A DNA stretch of 64,000 nt from Candidatus Eiseniibacteriota bacterium (GTDB taxonomy: Bacteria > Eisenbacteria > RBG-16-71-46 > JABDJR01), in assembly GCA_963783375.1 (NCBI GenBank), contig CAWANH010000029.1:1056001-1120000 (forward strand). The letters run 5' to 3'. The first letter of the stretch is position 1. The number at the start of each line of letters is the position of its first letter. Position numbers and translations under genes: made by a program. Shown in pieces: positions 9,773 to 21,713 of this stretch. Below the pieces are notes generated by a model. That model was not told the origin of the DNA and did not search any database. It saw nothing but the letters and a program-made list of their open reading frames with translations.

Positions 9773-10312
9773 CTAGTGTTCCCCGCCCGAGCCGGCGGGA
9801 GGCATCTCACCGGCGGAGCTGTCGGGGGCACCGGCCCCGGCGTGACCCGCGCTGTCCGCTCCCGCCGCCCGGCCGGTGGTGTCGGCAGCGGCGCTGTCCG
9901 CCGCCGCGGGGAGCCCCCCGGGGGTCTCCGTGATCCCGTAGCGTTTCATGAAGTCGCCGCGGCCGGGCACCGGGACGATCTCCCGGCTCTCCACCGGATC
10001 CACCTGGCCGCGCTCGGTGGTGTCGGCCAGGGTCAGCACGAAGAAGATTCCCAGGAAGGTCAGGGCGGCGAGGAGAATCAACCCGTTGAACCGCTCGTCC
10101 CACTTGAGCCCCATGAAGATCAGGGCGACCAGGCTCGCCTTGGCGGTGGCGATGGCCATGGCCACGATCAGGTTCCCGGTCCCGAAGTCGAAGTAGGAGA
10201 TCCGGACCGTCAGGAAGGTGAGGATCAGGAGCCCGACCCAGACCATGAAGTAGATCCGGATCGGGACGACGTGGTGCTTGTGTTCCGCGGCGGCGGCGTT
10301 TGCTTGGCTCAT
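9773..10312 (-). CDS. ctaF: Cytochrome c oxidase subunit IV family protein
   Basis: Three TM helices with IATAKASLVALIFMGL; last gene of the cox cluster. Confidence 0.85.
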   Translation of the reverse strand: MSQANAAAAEHKHHVVPIRIYFMVWVGLLILTFLTVRISYFDFGTGNLIVAMAIATAKASLVALIFMGLKWDERFNGLILLAALTFLGIFFVLTLADTTERGQVDPVESREIVPVPGRGDFMKRYGITETPGGLPAAADSAAADTTGRAAGADSAGHAGAGAPDSSAGEMPPAGSGGEH

Positions 10313-10319
10313 CGCGTCC

Positions 10320-10973
10320 CTACTTGATCAGGTAGAAGAGTGGAAAGAGGTAGATCCAGATCATGTCCACCAGGTGCCAGTAGAGCCCGGTCAGCTCCAC
10401 CGGGGTGTAGTAGGAGCTGGAGAAGCGCCCCCGGATGGTGTTCACCAGGATCCAGGTGATGGCGATCATCCCCGCGATCACGTGCAGGGCGTGGAGCCCG
10501 GTCATCATGAAGTAGAGCCCGAAGAAGATGTTCCCATTCACCGGGTCGGTGAGTTCGTGCGGGTTGTACCAGTACCCGGGGAGGAGCCCATGATGGAACT
10601 TCTCGGTGTACTCCACGTACTTGATGCAAAGGAAGACCGAGGCCAGGAGAAGGGTGGTCACCAACAACCCGATGGAGAGCCTCCGGTTGTCGGTCTGGGC
10701 CGCCCGCACCGCCAGGGCCATGGTGAGGCTGGAGCAGATCAGGACCACGGTGTTCGTCCCGCCGAGGATCCGGTTCAGGTTGTGGTGGGCCTCCCGGAAC
10801 ATGTCCGGGAACATGTTCTGGAAGACCACGAAGGCCACGAACATGCCGCCGAAGAGGAGCACTTCGGTGGCCAGGAAGAGCCAAAAGCCCAGCTTGGCCG
10901 AGGAGAACTCCTGGGCCGCGTCGGCGTAGTGGTGGCCGACCTCGTGACGCCAGGCCCTTGGATCGGTGCTCAT
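10320..10973 (-). CDS. ctaE: Cytochrome c oxidase subunit III
   Basis: GFWLFLATEVLLFGG, TGLHALHV and LYWHLVD motifs. Confidence 0.95.
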   Translation of the reverse strand: MSTDPRAWRHEVGHHYADAAQEFSSAKLGFWLFLATEVLLFGGMFVAFVVFQNMFPDMFREAHHNLNRILGGTNTVVLICSSLTMALAVRAAQTDNRRLSIGLLVTTLLLASVFLCIKYVEYTEKFHHGLLPGYWYNPHELTDPVNGNIFFGLYFMMTGLHALHVIAGMIAITWILVNTIRGRFSSSYYTPVELTGLYWHLVDMIWIYLFPLFYLIK

Positions 10974-11010
10974 GGACGCGATTCCTCCAGGTGCGGGTTC
11001 GATTCCGACA

Positions 11011-12660
11011 TCAGGATCCCACCGCCTCGGGTTCCGGGTTCTCCCCGTAGACCTTCTGGTAGTCGTAAGGACCGTAGGCCAGGCTCGGCTCCTCCTCGAA
11101 GTTCTCCACCGGCGGGGGCGAGGGCACGCGCCACTCCAGCCCCAGCGATCCCCACGGGTTGGCCGGAGCCTTCTCCCCCGCCCGGAGGGAGTACATGAAG
11201 TAGATCACCATGGTGAGGAATCCGAACCCGAGGATCCACGAGCCGAAGGTGGAGAGCTGGTGCAGAGGCTGGAACTGCTCGAGATAGTCGTAGTACCGGC
11301 GGGGCATCCCACGGCTCCCCAGAACGAACTGGGTGAGGAAGGTCACGTTGAACCCGATGAAGACGGTCAGGGCGGTCATCCGGGCCACCGTCTCGGGATA
11401 CATGCGGCCGGTCATCTTGGGCCACCAGTAGTGGAGACCGGCCAGGAAAGCCATCACCGTCCCCCCCATCATCACGTAGTGGAAGTGGGCCACCACGAAG
11501 TAGGTGTCGGTGAGGTGGACGTCCACCGAGAGGGCCCCCAGGAAGATCCCGGTCAGTCCCCCGATGGCGAAGAGGAAGAGAAAGGCGAGCGCGTACAGCA
11601 TGGGGGTATCGAGCGCGATCGACCCCTTGTACATGGTCGCCGTCCAGTTGAACATCTTGATCGCGGACGGGATGGCCACGAAGAAGGTGAGGAACGAGAA
11701 CATCATGGTCGAGACCTCGGACTGGCCGCTCACGAACATGTGGTGTCCCCACACCAGGAAACCGAGCACGGCGATGGCCAGTGAGGAGTAGGCCACGAAC
11801 CGGTAGCCGAAGATGTGGCGGCGGGAGAACGTGGTGACGACCTCGCTCATGATGCCCATGCCGGGGAGAATCATGATGTACACCGCGGGATGGGAATAGA
11901 ACCAGAAGAAATGCTGGAAGAGAATGGGGTCGCCGCCAAGGGCGGGATCGAAGATCCCGATGTGCATGACCCGCTCGGCCACCAGGAGGAGCAGGGTGAT
12001 GCCAAGGACCGGGGTGGCCAGCACCTGGATCAGGGCGGTGCCGTAGATGGACCAGAGGAAGAGCGGCATGTCGAACCAGCCCATCCCCGGCATCCGGAGC
12101 TTGTGCAGGGTGACCAGGAAGTTGAGCCCGGTGAAGATGGAGGAGAAGCCGAGGATGAAGATGCCGAGCCCCATCCAGATCACCGAGCTGTGGCTCTGAA
12201 CGCTGTAAGGGGTGTAGAAGGTCCAACCGGTGTCGATCCCCCCCCGCAGGATGGCCACCAGGGTGAACACCGCCCCGGTGCACCAGAGGTAGAAGCTGGC
12301 CAGGTTGAGTTTGGGGAAGGCCACGTCCTTGGCCCCGATCATGATGGGCAGGAAGAAGTTCCCGAGGGCGGCGGGGATCGACGGGATGATGAACAGGAAG
12401 ATCATGATGATGCCGTGCAGGGTGAAGACCTCGTTGTAGGTCTGAGCGGACATGATCGTCCTTCCGGGCAGGAACAGCTCCAACCGGATGAGGAGGGCCA
12501 TGATCCCTCCCAGCAGGAAGGAGGTCGAGATGGCGATGAGGTACATGATCCCGATCCGCTTGTGGTCCCGGGTGAGGAGCCACGAGCGGAGGCCGTGGGT
12601 CACGTTCAGATAGTTGGTCCCCGGGACGGGGGCGTGTGCGTCGATGGTCTCTGTCGCCAT
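11011..12660 (-). CDS. ctaD: Cytochrome c oxidase subunit I, type A2
   Basis: [23 protein letters not shown] (YS motif of type A2), WGHHMF and AHFHYV. Confidence 0.98.
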   Translation of the reverse strand: MATETIDAHAPVPGTNYLNVTHGLRSWLLTRDHKRIGIMYLIAISTSFLLGGIMALLIRLELFLPGRTIMSAQTYNEVFTLHGIIMIFLFIIPSIPAALGNFFLPIMIGAKDVAFPKLNLASFYLWCTGAVFTLVAILRGGIDTGWTFYTPYSVQSHSSVIWMGLGIFILGFSSIFTGLNFLVTLHKLRMPGMGWFDMPLFLWSIYGTALIQVLATPVLGITLLLLVAERVMHIGIFDPALGGDPILFQHFFWFYSHPAVYIMILPGMGIMSEVVTTFSRRHIFGYRFVAYSSLAIAVLGFLVWGHHMFVSGQSEVSTMMFSFLTFFVAIPSAIKMFNWTATMYKGSIALDTPMLYALAFLFLFAIGGLTGIFLGALSVDVHLTDTYFVVAHFHYVMMGGTVMAFLAGLHYWWPKMTGRMYPETVARMTALTVFIGFNVTFLTQFVLGSRGMPRRYYDYLEQFQPLHQLSTFGSWILGFGFLTMVIYFMYSLRAGEKAPANPWGSLGLEWRVPSPPPVENFEEEPSLAYGPYDYQKVYGENPEPEAVGS

Positions 12661-12690
12661 GGGGGTCGCCTCTCTATCCGATAGCCGGGG

Positions 12691-13626
12691 CTACTTCTGA
12701 GCCTTGATGAACTCGATCAACGCGTCGATCTGGTTGGGCTTCAGGAGCCCCTGGAACGTCGGCATCACCGGTTCGAATCCCGCCACCACCTGGGAAGTCG
12801 GGTCGAGGATGGACTGGCGGACGTAGTTCTCGTCGGCGGTGGTCGAGCTGCCGTCGGCGAACTCGACCTTGTGCCCGAAAACCCCCTTGAATGACGGACC
12901 GGTCTTCCGGCTCCCGTCCAGGGAGTGGCAGGTGATGCAGGCCTTCTGCTTGTAGAGCTGGGCCCCGTAGTCGGCCAGGCTCATCCCCGCCGCCGGTCCT
13001 GCCGAGCTCTCCTTGTACTTCTCGAAATCGGCGGGGCTCAGGACGTGGATCTTCCCCAGCATCCCCGAGTGCCCGGTACCGCAGTACTCGGTGCAGAAGA
13101 GGTCGTAGTCCCCGGTGGCCGTGGCCTGGAACCACAGGGTGGTGTAGCGGTTGGGGATGGCGTCCTGTTTCACCCGGAACGCGGGGACGTAGAAGCTGTG
13201 GATGACGTCCTCGGAGCGAAGGATGACCTTCACCGGCTGGTCCACCGGCACCGTCATCTCGTTGACCGAGGTCTCGCCGTCCGGGGACTGGATCTGCCAC
13301 AACCATTGCTTGGCGGTGACGTGATACTCCAGCGCGCCGCCCGGGGAAACGGCGAGCGCCATGTAACCCTTGAAGCCCCAGACGAAGACCAGGATGACCA
13401 GGGCCAGGGGGATCACCGTCCAGGTGACCTCGAGGGGGGTGTTGTGGGAGGCCCTGGGGGCCATGGTCTGCCCCGGCCGCCGGCGGTACTTCAGGACGAA
13501 GATCAGCGAGAGCCCCACGATGAGCAGGAAGAAGAATACGGAGCCCCAGAAGATGAAGTAGTAGAGCGAGTCCACCTGGTGAGCCATGGTGGAGGCCTGC
13601 GGCGGCATCTGGAATGTCCCGTTCAT
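12691..13626 (-). CDS. ctaC: Cytochrome c oxidase subunit II with fused cytochrome c (caa3 type)
   Basis: DVIHSF and CTEYCGTGHSGM form the CuA site; C-terminal CITCH...MP heme c domain. Confidence 0.95.
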   Translation of the reverse strand: MNGTFQMPPQASTMAHQVDSLYYFIFWGSVFFFLLIVGLSLIFVLKYRRRPGQTMAPRASHNTPLEVTWTVIPLALVILVFVWGFKGYMALAVSPGGALEYHVTAKQWLWQIQSPDGETSVNEMTVPVDQPVKVILRSEDVIHSFYVPAFRVKQDAIPNRYTTLWFQATATGDYDLFCTEYCGTGHSGMLGKIHVLSPADFEKYKESSAGPAAGMSLADYGAQLYKQKACITCHSLDGSRKTGPSFKGVFGHKVEFADGSSTTADENYVRQSILDPTSQVVAGFEPVMPTFQGLLKPNQIDALIEFIKAQK

Positions 13627-13687
13627 GCCCTGGTTCCTGTTCGTGAGGCCGATCGCCCGAAGGCTCTACGGCCGGTCTACTGTCCGC

Positions 13688-14527
13688 CTAGGCCGACGCG
13701 TGGTGGGTGCGGTGCCGCTCCTTCATCCACAGGCCGCCCATGAGTCCCCCGAGGCCGATCAAGGTCAACACACCGCCCAGCTTCATCACCTGGAAAGCCA
13801 CGACGGTGTACTTGTGCGTTCCCGGATCGTACTGGCAGCAGAACAGGATCAGCTTGTCGAGCGGCGAGCCAAGCTTTCCCTCCGAGGCCTCGATCAGGGA
13901 CAGCCGAAGATCCTTGGGGGGATACTCGATCCCGTAAAGGGTCCGGCTGATCTTCCCCTGCGGCGTCAACACGAAGATTCCCGCCGCATGGTAGTACTGC
14001 TGCGTCTTTTCGTCGTACCGGTACTTGAACCCCACCGATCGGGTGAGCGCCTCGATCGAGGGTTCCCCGCCGGTCAGGAAGTGCCAGCCGTCCCCGGCTT
14101 CCGGACGATCGAGGGACGAGATATAGTTCTGCTTCTTCTCCTTGGCCAGCTTCGGAGTGTCCTTCGGATCGAAGCTGACCGTCACCACCGCGTACTCGCG
14201 GCCCGGGGTCCAGTCCATCTTCCGGGCCGAATCCAGATAGGCGTTCAGCACCTGGGTGCAGAGCATCGGGCAGCTGTAGTAGACGAGCTGCAACACGATC
14301 GGCCGGCCCTGGTTGAAGAAAGCGTCCAGGCGCACGGGGTTGCCGTTCTCGTCGTTGAAGGTCAAGTCCCCCGGGACCATGTCTCCCGAGTGATCAACCA
14401 GGTCCACCCCCTCGAGCTGGGGCGGGGTCTGGTCGGACGACATCTGGGCGCCGGCCCCCCCCGCTAGACCCCAGGAAACCAGGATCATCACGGCCGTCAC
14501 GTGGACGGCAAACCAGCGCATGCTCAT
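13688..14527 (-). CDS. SCO/SenC copper chaperone
   Basis: CPMLC motif, WHFLTG and conserved His; lies next to ctaC. Confidence 0.9.
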   Translation of the reverse strand: MSMRWFAVHVTAVMILVSWGLAGGAGAQMSSDQTPPQLEGVDLVDHSGDMVPGDLTFNDENGNPVRLDAFFNQGRPIVLQLVYYSCPMLCTQVLNAYLDSARKMDWTPGREYAVVTVSFDPKDTPKLAKEKKQNYISSLDRPEAGDGWHFLTGGEPSIEALTRSVGFKYRYDEKTQQYYHAAGIFVLTPQGKISRTLYGIEYPPKDLRLSLIEASEGKLGSPLDKLILFCCQYDPGTHKYTVVAFQVMKLGGVLTLIGLGGLMGGLWMKERHRTHHASA

Positions 14528-14838
14528 CAACCTCCTGCCCGGGAAGCCCGGCGCTCGCGGGCCTCTTTGGCCATCAGCTCCATCGCGCGATCGATGGGAA
14601 TGTGGGCCACGCCCTTCTGCTGGTCCACCCAGCCGTAGGAATTGAGCTGGGTGGCCTCTTGGGCGCGGAGTTCCCGGAGCTTCACGTTCTGGACCGAGAG
14701 CACCTTGCGGTAGATCTCGTTGTTACGGCTCACCTCGAAGTACGAATGCAGCCACAGGATCGCGGTCACGAACAGGGCCGCGGACACCAGACCGGCGGCG
14801 AGGATCCACCCGGTTCTCACTCCGCTCGAATTCGCCAT
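14527..14838 (-). CDS. Small single-TM protein, ActG-like
   Basis: TM helix plus LNSYGWVD...HIPIDRAM; positioned between actF and SCO. Confidence 0.7.
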   Translation of the reverse strand: MANSSGVRTGWILAAGLVSAALFVTAILWLHSYFEVSRNNEIYRKVLSVQNVKLRELRAQEATQLNSYGWVDQQKGVAHIPIDRAMELMAKEARERRASRAGG

Positions 14839-14896
14839 CGGTCAGTCCCCTTCCCGAATGGACGCGATCTTTCTGAGTCCGGTCACACTACCCTCC

Positions 14897-16099
14897 TCAA
14901 TACGCGTGTTCCAGGGCCAGGGACTCGGGCAGGCGGGGATCCCCCGCGGGCACCAATGCGGCCCGGGTGAGCTTGGCGGTGAACACGAACAGGAAAACTC
15001 CTCCCACCGCCACCACGCAGACCGGGTCCAGCCAGTGGAAGGTCGCGCTCCCGGTGTGAAAGCTGGGCATCACCATCCAGAAGATGTCGAAGTAGCACAT
15101 GAAGAGCACCCAAACCGCGGTCACGGCCACCAGGGCCGGGCGCCGCTTGAGCCAGCGGGAGATGAGCAGCATGAACGGCACCGCGAAGTGCCCGACGGCC
15201 AGGAAGAGGCTCGCTCCGCCCCAGCTCCCGTGGATCCGCGGAAGGAACCACACCGTTTCCTCGGCGATGTTCCCGTACCAGATCAACATGAACTGGGAGT
15301 AGGCGATGTAGGCCCAGAACACGGTGAAAGCGAACAGGAGCCGGCCCAGGTCCTGGAAGTGGTCGGTGCGCAGGAGACCGGTCAGCCCCCCGCCGCGGCG
15401 AACACAGAAGGCGGCCAGGGTCAGGAACGCCAGGGACGAGAGCACTCCCCCCGACCAGACGTATACTCCGAAGATCGTGGAATACCAGTGCGGGGTGAGG
15501 GACATGATGAGATCGAAGGACATGAAGCTGAAGCTCAGCGCATAGAGGACCATGGCCGGGGCGGCCCGCCTCTGCAGGACCACCGTGGTCATGGGATCGC
15601 GGGTTTCATCCTGGCGCACCGAGCGCGAGTAGAAGTAGCGCGCCATCACCGTCCACAGGATGAAATACGCGGCAAGCCGAATCAGGAAGAACGGGACGTT
15701 CAGGTACCCCGCCTTGGCCTGGAGCACCGCGTCGTGGGCCGCGGCGCCGGGCTGGGCCCAGTGGTAGACGACCCCCAGGCCGGGCAGAAGGGGCAGGAAT
15801 AGCGCCGCGAACACCGGCACCGTCCACCCCGCGGTCTCGGCCAGCCGCCGGACGGCCACGCTCCACCCGGCCCGGCTGAGGTGCTGGACCAGGGTGAAGA
15901 AGAGGGCTCCCAGGCAAAGGGTCAGGAAGAAGAGATAGGCGGTCAGATAGGAGAAGAAGAACTGCTCCCGGTCCACCGCGAACCCGACGGCGGCCAGGAG
16001 GAACCCCGCCACCGCGGCAACGGCGAAGAGGGTCCGGGCGCCCTTCCAGGCCCCGCGGGGAACGTCGAATCGGTCGGTGGCGGCGGTCGTCTGTTTCAC
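14897..16099 (-). CDS. actF: Alternative complex III membrane subunit ActF
   Basis: Polytopic membrane protein with WYSTIFG, DLGRLLFAF and QFMLIWYGNI motifs. Confidence 0.9.
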   Translation of the reverse strand: MKQTTAATDRFDVPRGAWKGARTLFAVAAVAGFLLAAVGFAVDREQFFFSYLTAYLFFLTLCLGALFFTLVQHLSRAGWSVAVRRLAETAGWTVPVFAALFLPLLPGLGVVYHWAQPGAAAHDAVLQAKAGYLNVPFFLIRLAAYFILWTVMARYFYSRSVRQDETRDPMTTVVLQRRAAPAMVLYALSFSFMSFDLIMSLTPHWYSTIFGVYVWSGGVLSSLAFLTLAAFCVRRGGGLTGLLRTDHFQDLGRLLFAFTVFWAYIAYSQFMLIWYGNIAEETVWFLPRIHGSWGGASLFLAVGHFAVPFMLLISRWLKRRPALVAVTAVWVLFMCYFDIFWMVMPSFHTGSATFHWLDPVCVVAVGGVFLFVFTAKLTRAALVPAGDPRLPESLALEHAY

Positions 16100-16103
16100 G
16101 GCT

Positions 16104-16724
16104 CTACTTCAACTTCCCGCGTTCGTCCGGAGGGACGTCGGCGACGCTGGCGTTCTGGCTCCGCTCGAGGGCGCGGAGATAGGCCACAATGGCCCAGCGG
16201 TCGTCCACCGGGATCTGCGGTCCGTAGGCCGGCATGTTGCGAATCCCGTGGGTGATCACGTTGAAGATGTACCCGTCGGCGAACTGGCGGACGCGGTCGA
16301 TGTGGAACGAAGGGGGCGGCACGAACCCGTAGCCGATCACCATCCCCTTCCCGCTCCCCGTCCGGTCGTGGCAGGGAGCGCAGTAGATGTTGAAGCGGTT
16401 CCGGCCCCGCTTCAGGAGTTCCCCGGTGATGGGGCGCGGGTTGTGGGCGATGTAGTCCTCCCCGGCCTTGCCCTCGAAGTAGGCCTGGTCCGCCTTCACG
16501 AACCCCCGGGGCACCGTGCCCTCGGGCGGGGTGCGCATCATGCGATGGTCGGCGAAGAACGGGGTCTCTCCCTGGGCCTTGAACTTCCGCTGGAACTCCA
16601 TGTCCGGGATGATCATCAGCGGCCGCTTCTCCCGCGGCTGGCCCCGGGCGCATCCCCCCACGGTCACCAGGCCGGCCAGAAGGGCGAGGATCACCGCTTT
16701 CGGTATGCCTTGGTACACGCTCAT
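16104..16724 (-). CDS. actE: ACIII monoheme cytochrome c lipoprotein ActE
   Basis: Lipobox VGGC, single CAPCH, MPAYG and RWAIVAY motifs. Confidence 0.9.
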   Translation of the reverse strand: MSVYQGIPKAVILALLAGLVTVGGCARGQPREKRPLMIIPDMEFQRKFKAQGETPFFADHRMMRTPPEGTVPRGFVKADQAYFEGKAGEDYIAHNPRPITGELLKRGRNRFNIYCAPCHDRTGSGKGMVIGYGFVPPPSFHIDRVRQFADGYIFNVITHGIRNMPAYGPQIPVDDRWAIVAYLRALERSQNASVADVPPDERGKLK

Positions 16725-17278
16725 CCCTCCACCAACTCCACGTTCTCGCCCCCGGTGGTTATCAGGAGCTGGCGGGCCTTTTCCACCTCGAACATGGGAT
16801 CGTCGGCCTCGATGGCCAGGAAGAACCGGTCGTCGCTCGCCCGATGGAAGGTCGAGTGCTTGAAGACCGGGTGGTAGTACTGGGGGAGCTTGTTCAGGGC
16901 CAGCATGCCGAGGAGGGCGGCGAAGGCCGAGAACAGCACGGTCAGCTCGAACGTCACCGGCACGAAGGCGGGGATGGAGAAATACGGCTTCCCCGCCACT
17001 TTGATCGGGTAGTTCACCGCCGCGGTCCACCACTGGAGCCAGAGCCCGAGGGAACCTCCGAAGATCGCTCCCAGCAGTACGATCCAGGGCACCTTGGAGC
17101 CGGGGTTCCCCAGCACGCGGTCCAGACCGTGGACCGGGAACGGGGTGTAGGCGTCGAGCCGGGAGTAGCCCTGGGCCCGCACGCGCTCGGCGGCGTGCAG
17201 GAGATCCTGGGTGGTCGCGTATTCGGCCACCACGCCGTAGATCTCGTCCTTGGGCGCGGGGGCGGTCTTGGTGCTCAC
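16721..17278 (-). CDS. actD: ACIII subunit ActD (DUF3341)
   Basis: GTG start overlapping the actC stop; [15 protein letters not shown] and PVTFELTVL motifs. Confidence 0.9.
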   Translation of the reverse strand: MSTKTAPAPKDEIYGVVAEYATTQDLLHAAERVRAQGYSRLDAYTPFPVHGLDRVLGNPGSKVPWIVLLGAIFGGSLGLWLQWWTAAVNYPIKVAGKPYFSIPAFVPVTFELTVLFSAFAALLGMLALNKLPQYYHPVFKHSTFHRASDDRFFLAIEADDPMFEVEKARQLLITTGGENVELVEG

Positions 17279-18705
17279 GACGTGGGCTCCTCCGCGGGCT
17301 CCGGTTGGAGCTTCCGATGGGGATTCGCCTGGGGCAGGACCCCCTTGACCTCGAACATGGCGATCATGGGCAGGAACCTGAGGAACAAGAGGAAGAAGGT
17401 GAAGAAGAGCCCGAAGCTTCCGGCCAGGGTTCCGAGGTCCACCCAGGTGGGCTTGTAGTAGCCCCACGCCGACGGGAGGTAGCCCCGGTGGAGCGACATC
17501 ACGATCACGAAGCGCTCGAACCACATCCCGACGTTGACCAGGATCGAGGCCACGAACATCACCGGAATGTTCCGGCGGAGCTTGCGTATCCAGAAGATCT
17601 GGGGCACCAGCACGTTGCAGCTGACCATGATCCAGTAGGCCCACCAATAGGGACCGAAGGCCCGGTTGATGAACGTGAACGCCTCCACCGGGTTGGCGCT
17701 GTACCAGGCGATGAAGAATTCGGTCGAGTAGGCGTAGCCCACCATCATCCCCGTCAACAGCATGATCTTGTTGACGTTGTCCAGATGGTCGATGGTGATG
17801 AGGTCCTCGAGCTTGTAGATCCGGCGGGCGATGACCGCGAGGGTCATCACCATGGCGAAGCCGGAGTAGATGGCTCCGGCCACGAAGTACGGGGGGAAGA
17901 TGGTGCTGTGCCATCCCGGGACCACGGCCACCGCGAAGTCGAAGCTCACCACGGAGTGCACCGAGAGAACCAGCGGCGTCGAGAGGCCGGCCAGGATCAG
18001 GTAGGCCTTCTCGTAGTTCACCCAGTGCCGATTGGATCCGCGCCAGCCCAGGGCCAGCACCCCGTAGACGAGCTGGCGGATCTTCCCCTTGGCCCGGTCC
18101 CGAACGGTGGCCAGGTCGGGGACCAGTCCGGTGTACCAGAAGAGGAGGGACACGGTGAAGTACGTGCTCACCGCGAACACGTCCCAGAGAAGCGGGCTCC
18201 GGAACTGGGGCCAGATCATCTCCCAGTTGGGAATGGGCAGCGCCCACCAGATCACCCAGATACGCCCCACGTGGATGGTGGGGAACATGAGGGCGCAGAT
18301 CACCGCGAAGATGGTCATGGCCTCCGCGAAACGATTGATGGCGGTCCGCCACTTCTGGCGGAAGAGATAGAGCACGGCGCTGATCAGGGTCCCGGCGTGC
18401 CCGATCCCCACCCACCACACGAAGTTCACGATGGCGAAGCCCCAGCCCACCGGACTGTTGACCCCCCACACCCCGATCCCGGTCCAGATCAGGTAGGCCA
18501 CCATGGCCACGAACAGGCCGAGGAGGGAGAGCGCCCCCCCGAAGGCGACGTACCAGCCGACGGGGGTCTTGGCCAGGACCGGCGCCGTCACCATCCGGGT
18601 GACGTCGTCGAATCCGTGCCCGCCCTCCACCAGCCGGGAGCGGCTGCGGGGATCGTCGTAGAACTCGGGTCCCTCGGGCTTGGCGGGAATGCTCGCGCTG
18701 GTCAT
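17275..18705 (-). CDS. actC: ACIII quinol-binding NrfD-family subunit ActC
   Basis: [34 protein letters not shown] and GMWFERFVI motifs. Confidence 0.95.
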   Translation of the reverse strand: MTSASIPAKPEGPEFYDDPRSRSRLVEGGHGFDDVTRMVTAPVLAKTPVGWYVAFGGALSLLGLFVAMVAYLIWTGIGVWGVNSPVGWGFAIVNFVWWVGIGHAGTLISAVLYLFRQKWRTAINRFAEAMTIFAVICALMFPTIHVGRIWVIWWALPIPNWEMIWPQFRSPLLWDVFAVSTYFTVSLLFWYTGLVPDLATVRDRAKGKIRQLVYGVLALGWRGSNRHWVNYEKAYLILAGLSTPLVLSVHSVVSFDFAVAVVPGWHSTIFPPYFVAGAIYSGFAMVMTLAVIARRIYKLEDLITIDHLDNVNKIMLLTGMMVGYAYSTEFFIAWYSANPVEAFTFINRAFGPYWWAYWIMVSCNVLVPQIFWIRKLRRNIPVMFVASILVNVGMWFERFVIVMSLHRGYLPSAWGYYKPTWVDLGTLAGSFGLFFTFFLLFLRFLPMIAMFEVKGVLPQANPHRKLQPEPAEEPTS

Positions 18706-21700
18706 CACGCGCTCTCCAGCTCGGGATTGGGGTTCCGAAGCCTGGCCAGGTAGCTGGTCCGGGGCCGGGTATCCAGGTCGGCGAGCAGGGTATAGTCCCG
18801 ATCCTGCGCCTTCAGCTTGGACACCTGGGTCTGGGGGTCGTTCACGTCGCCGAACACGATGGAGCCGGTCGGGCACACCTCCTGGCAGGCGGTCCGGATC
18901 TCCCCGTCCCGGACCGCGCGCGACTCGTTCTTGGCGTCGATCTTGACCCGGTTGATCCGCTGCACGCAGTAGGTGCACTTTTCCATCACCCCCCGCATGC
19001 GGACGGTGACGTCGGGGTTCTTCTCCATCTTCTCGACTTCGGTCATGCCCCGGTTCCAGTCGTAGTAGTTGAACCGGCGCACCTTGTAGGGGCAGTTGTT
19101 GTTGCAGTACCGGGTGCCGATGCAGCGATTGTAGGTCATGTCGTTCAGACCCTCGTCGCTGTGCGCGGTGGCCTGGACCGGACAGACGCTCTCACAGGGC
19201 GCATTCTCGCACTGCATGCAGGGAATCGGTTGGTGCACCGCCTCGGCGTTCTCCATCTCGCCCACGTAGTAGCGGTCAAGCCGGATCCAGTGCATCTCCC
19301 GGCCGCGCCGCACCTGGTCCTTGCCCACGATGGCGATGTTGTTCTCGGACTGGCAGGCGGTGGTGCAGGCGTTGCACCCGATGCAGGTGTTGAGGTCGAT
19401 GGAGAGCCCCCACTGGTGGCCCTCCTTGAAATCGTATTCGCGGTCCAGATAGAGCGAGGTGGGCCCCTTCGGGAGTTCCGCCATCTCCTTGGCGAACTCG
19501 GGGTTCTTCCGGTACTCCTCGAGGGTCCCCTCGCGCATGAGGGGACGACCGTCCATGGTGAAATGGGTCTGGGTGGAGACGAGCTCGTAGGTATCGCCGG
19601 TCCGGGCGATCGTGGCCCCCTGGACGGCGTGCGCATTGTCCGAGGCGCGGATGGTGTACGCGTTGAAGCCCGGACCCTCGCCGATCCGCCCGGCCACGGT
19701 GCGTCCGTACCCCAGGGGAAGGGTGATGCTGTGGTCGGCCTGGCCGGGGGCCACCCAGACCGCCACCGTGAGCGCGCGCCCCCCCACCTTCAGGCTCACC
19801 ATGTCTCCGGTGGCGAGCCCCAGCGCCTTGGCGGTGGCCGGGCTCACCAGAGCCGCGTTGTCCCAGACCATCTTGGTGAGGTTGTCGGGAAGTTCCTGAA
19901 GCCACCCGCTATTGGCCCAGCGGCCGTCCCAGACCCGGTGATCGGGGCGAAACACCACCTCGAGGCTCTGCGGCCCCGGCGCCGCCGCGAACTTCCGGCC
20001 GGTCCAGGCCCGGCCCACCGCGGCTCCCTCGGGAGAGGCCGGAACCTCGGCGTAGGCGGTTCCGGCCACCAGGCCGTCGTTGAGCGCCCGGCGCCACTTC
20101 GCGGTCACCCCCAGGGCCCCCCACTGCTTTCCGTAGAGCTCCTGGAGAATGTCGTGCCCGTCCTGGGCCGGTCGGTCGAGGAGGAAGGCCAGGAGCTCGA
20201 TCTCGCTCTTCCCCTCGTAGAGGGGGGCGATCAAAGGCTGCTGGATGGAAAGGGTGCCGTCCCAGGCGCGCCCGTCCCCCCAGCTTTCCAGGAAGTGGGC
20301 CTTGGGGAGGTGCCAGGATGCGGCGGAGCCGGTCTCGTCACGATAGAGTCCGAGATGGACGGCGTTCTTGACCTTGCCCATCCGCTCGGCGAACCGGAGA
20401 TCGGCGGGGGCGTTGTAGACCGGGTTCCCCCCGAGCACGAACAGCGTGTCCACCTCGCCCCGGTCCATGGCGCCGGCCAGATCGGCCAGGGAGGCGGTCT
20501 GCTCCTGCGGCTGGGGCTCCTCGGTGTACCGCACCACCGGCCCCACGTTCGAAAGCGCGGCGTTCAGCGCGTGGACCAGGGCGTGAACTTCCGCGGGCTG
20601 GCCCGACCCGGCCAGGACCACGGAGCGTCCCCGGTGGCCGGCAAGATCGGCGGCCAAGGCTCCCAGGAACTTCCGCTGGTCTTCGGTCAGGGTCTTCGAC
20701 GCCTCGGCGGTGGTCCCCGCGTCCACGCCCGCCACCGCCACCCCGCGGGACGACAGGGCGCCGGCCAGGGCCAGGGCAAACCCGGCCACCTGGACGTGGG
20801 GAAGCCGAAGACGATGGTCGGCCATGGTGCCGGTCACCGAGAACGGGCTCTCCACCACGTAAAGCCGGTTCATGGTGTCCTTCTCCGAGGCCACCCGCCG
20901 CCGCGACGCGAAATCGCGGGCGTGACGCACCGAGTTGGGCTCGGTGTAGAGGAAGTCCGAATCGAGGGAGAGAACGACGTCGGCCTGATCGAGCTGGAGC
21001 TGGGTGCGAAGCGGCCGTCCGAAAGCGATCCGGGAGCCCTCGATCGGCGCATCGCGGTTCACCGGTTCGTAGACGTGCCACCGGGCCTTGGGATAGGCCC
21101 GCGCGACCTCGTCCGCCAGCGCGGCCACCGACGGAGAGCTCGTGCTCTCCATGAGGAAGCGGAGGCGGGCGCCGCCGTCGGCCCGGTGCCGGGCCAGTTC
21201 GGGCCGGACCCACGCCGCGAAGTCCTGCCAGGTCCTCTGATTCGGCCCCTGGAAAAGGTGCTGGGAGCGGTCGGGGTCGTAGAGCTCCAATGTCGCGGCC
21301 TGGGCCCACACGTGGGTGGCCCCGAGGCTCGACGGATGGTCCGGGTTCCCCTCGATCTTGGTGGGCCGGCCCTCGTTGCTGGTGACCAGGATCCCCTCGG
21401 CCACCCCCCGGAAATTCATCACGCTCGCGTACTGCTGGGGGACCCCGGGAAGCAGGTCCTCGGGCATCCGGCTGTAGGGAAGAATCCTGGCCAGCGGACG
21501 GCGACAACCCACCAGGCCGGAGAGCGCCACCGCCGCTCCCATGAGGCCCATGAACTTCCGCCGCGAGACCGGATCGCTCACCTCATCTAGCATGGAGGGA
21601 AACTTCCGGGCCACGAGCTTCTGGAACTCCGGCGTGTCGGCCGCCTCTTCGAGGCTCCGCCAGTAGGTCCTCCCGCTGATGTCCGGCCCGGCGTGGGTGG

Positions 21701-21713
21701 AGGATTCGCTCAT
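18705..21713 (-). CDS. actB: ACIII subunit ActB (Tat-exported molybdopterin-oxidoreductase-like domain plus Fe-S domain)
   Basis: YWRSLEE, SRRKFM Tat motif, [13 protein letters not shown], and [23 protein letters not shown] and CTYC cluster motifs. Confidence 0.95.
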   Translation of the reverse strand: MSESSTHAGPDISGRTYWRSLEEAADTPEFQKLVARKFPSMLDEVSDPVSRRKFMGLMGAAVALSGLVGCRRPLARILPYSRMPEDLLPGVPQQYASVMNFRGVAEGILVTSNEGRPTKIEGNPDHPSSLGATHVWAQAATLELYDPDRSQHLFQGPNQRTWQDFAAWVRPELARHRADGGARLRFLMESTSSPSVAALADEVARAYPKARWHVYEPVNRDAPIEGSRIAFGRPLRTQLQLDQADVVLSLDSDFLYTEPNSVRHARDFASRRRVASEKDTMNRLYVVESPFSVTGTMADHRLRLPHVQVAGFALALAGALSSRGVAVAGVDAGTTAEASKTLTEDQRKFLGALAADLAGHRGRSVVLAGSGQPAEVHALVHALNAALSNVGPVVRYTEEPQPQEQTASLADLAGAMDRGEVDTLFVLGGNPVYNAPADLRFAERMGKVKNAVHLGLYRDETGSAASWHLPKAHFLESWGDGRAWDGTLSIQQPLIAPLYEGKSEIELLAFLLDRPAQDGHDILQELYGKQWGALGVTAKWRRALNDGLVAGTAYAEVPASPEGAAVGRAWTGRKFAAAPGPQSLEVVFRPDHRVWDGRWANSGWLQELPDNLTKMVWDNAALVSPATAKALGLATGDMVSLKVGGRALTVAVWVAPGQADHSITLPLGYGRTVAGRIGEGPGFNAYTIRASDNAHAVQGATIARTGDTYELVSTQTHFTMDGRPLMREGTLEEYRKNPEFAKEMAELPKGPTSLYLDREYDFKEGHQWGLSIDLNTCIGCNACTTACQSENNIAIVGKDQVRRGREMHWIRLDRYYVGEMENAEAVHQPIPCMQCENAPCESVCPVQATAHSDEGLNDMTYNRCIGTRYCNNNCPYKVRRFNYYDWNRGMTEVEKMEKNPDVTVRMRGVMEKCTYCVQRINRVKIDAKNESRAVRDGEIRTACQEVCPTGSIVFGDVNDPQTQVSKLKAQDRDYTLLADLDTRPRTSYLARLRNPNPELESA

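Noticed and set aside
18705-21713. ActB as an active molybdoenzyme
   Set aside because: The act context and established knowledge indicate that the ActB molybdopterin-like domain carries no Mo cofactor.
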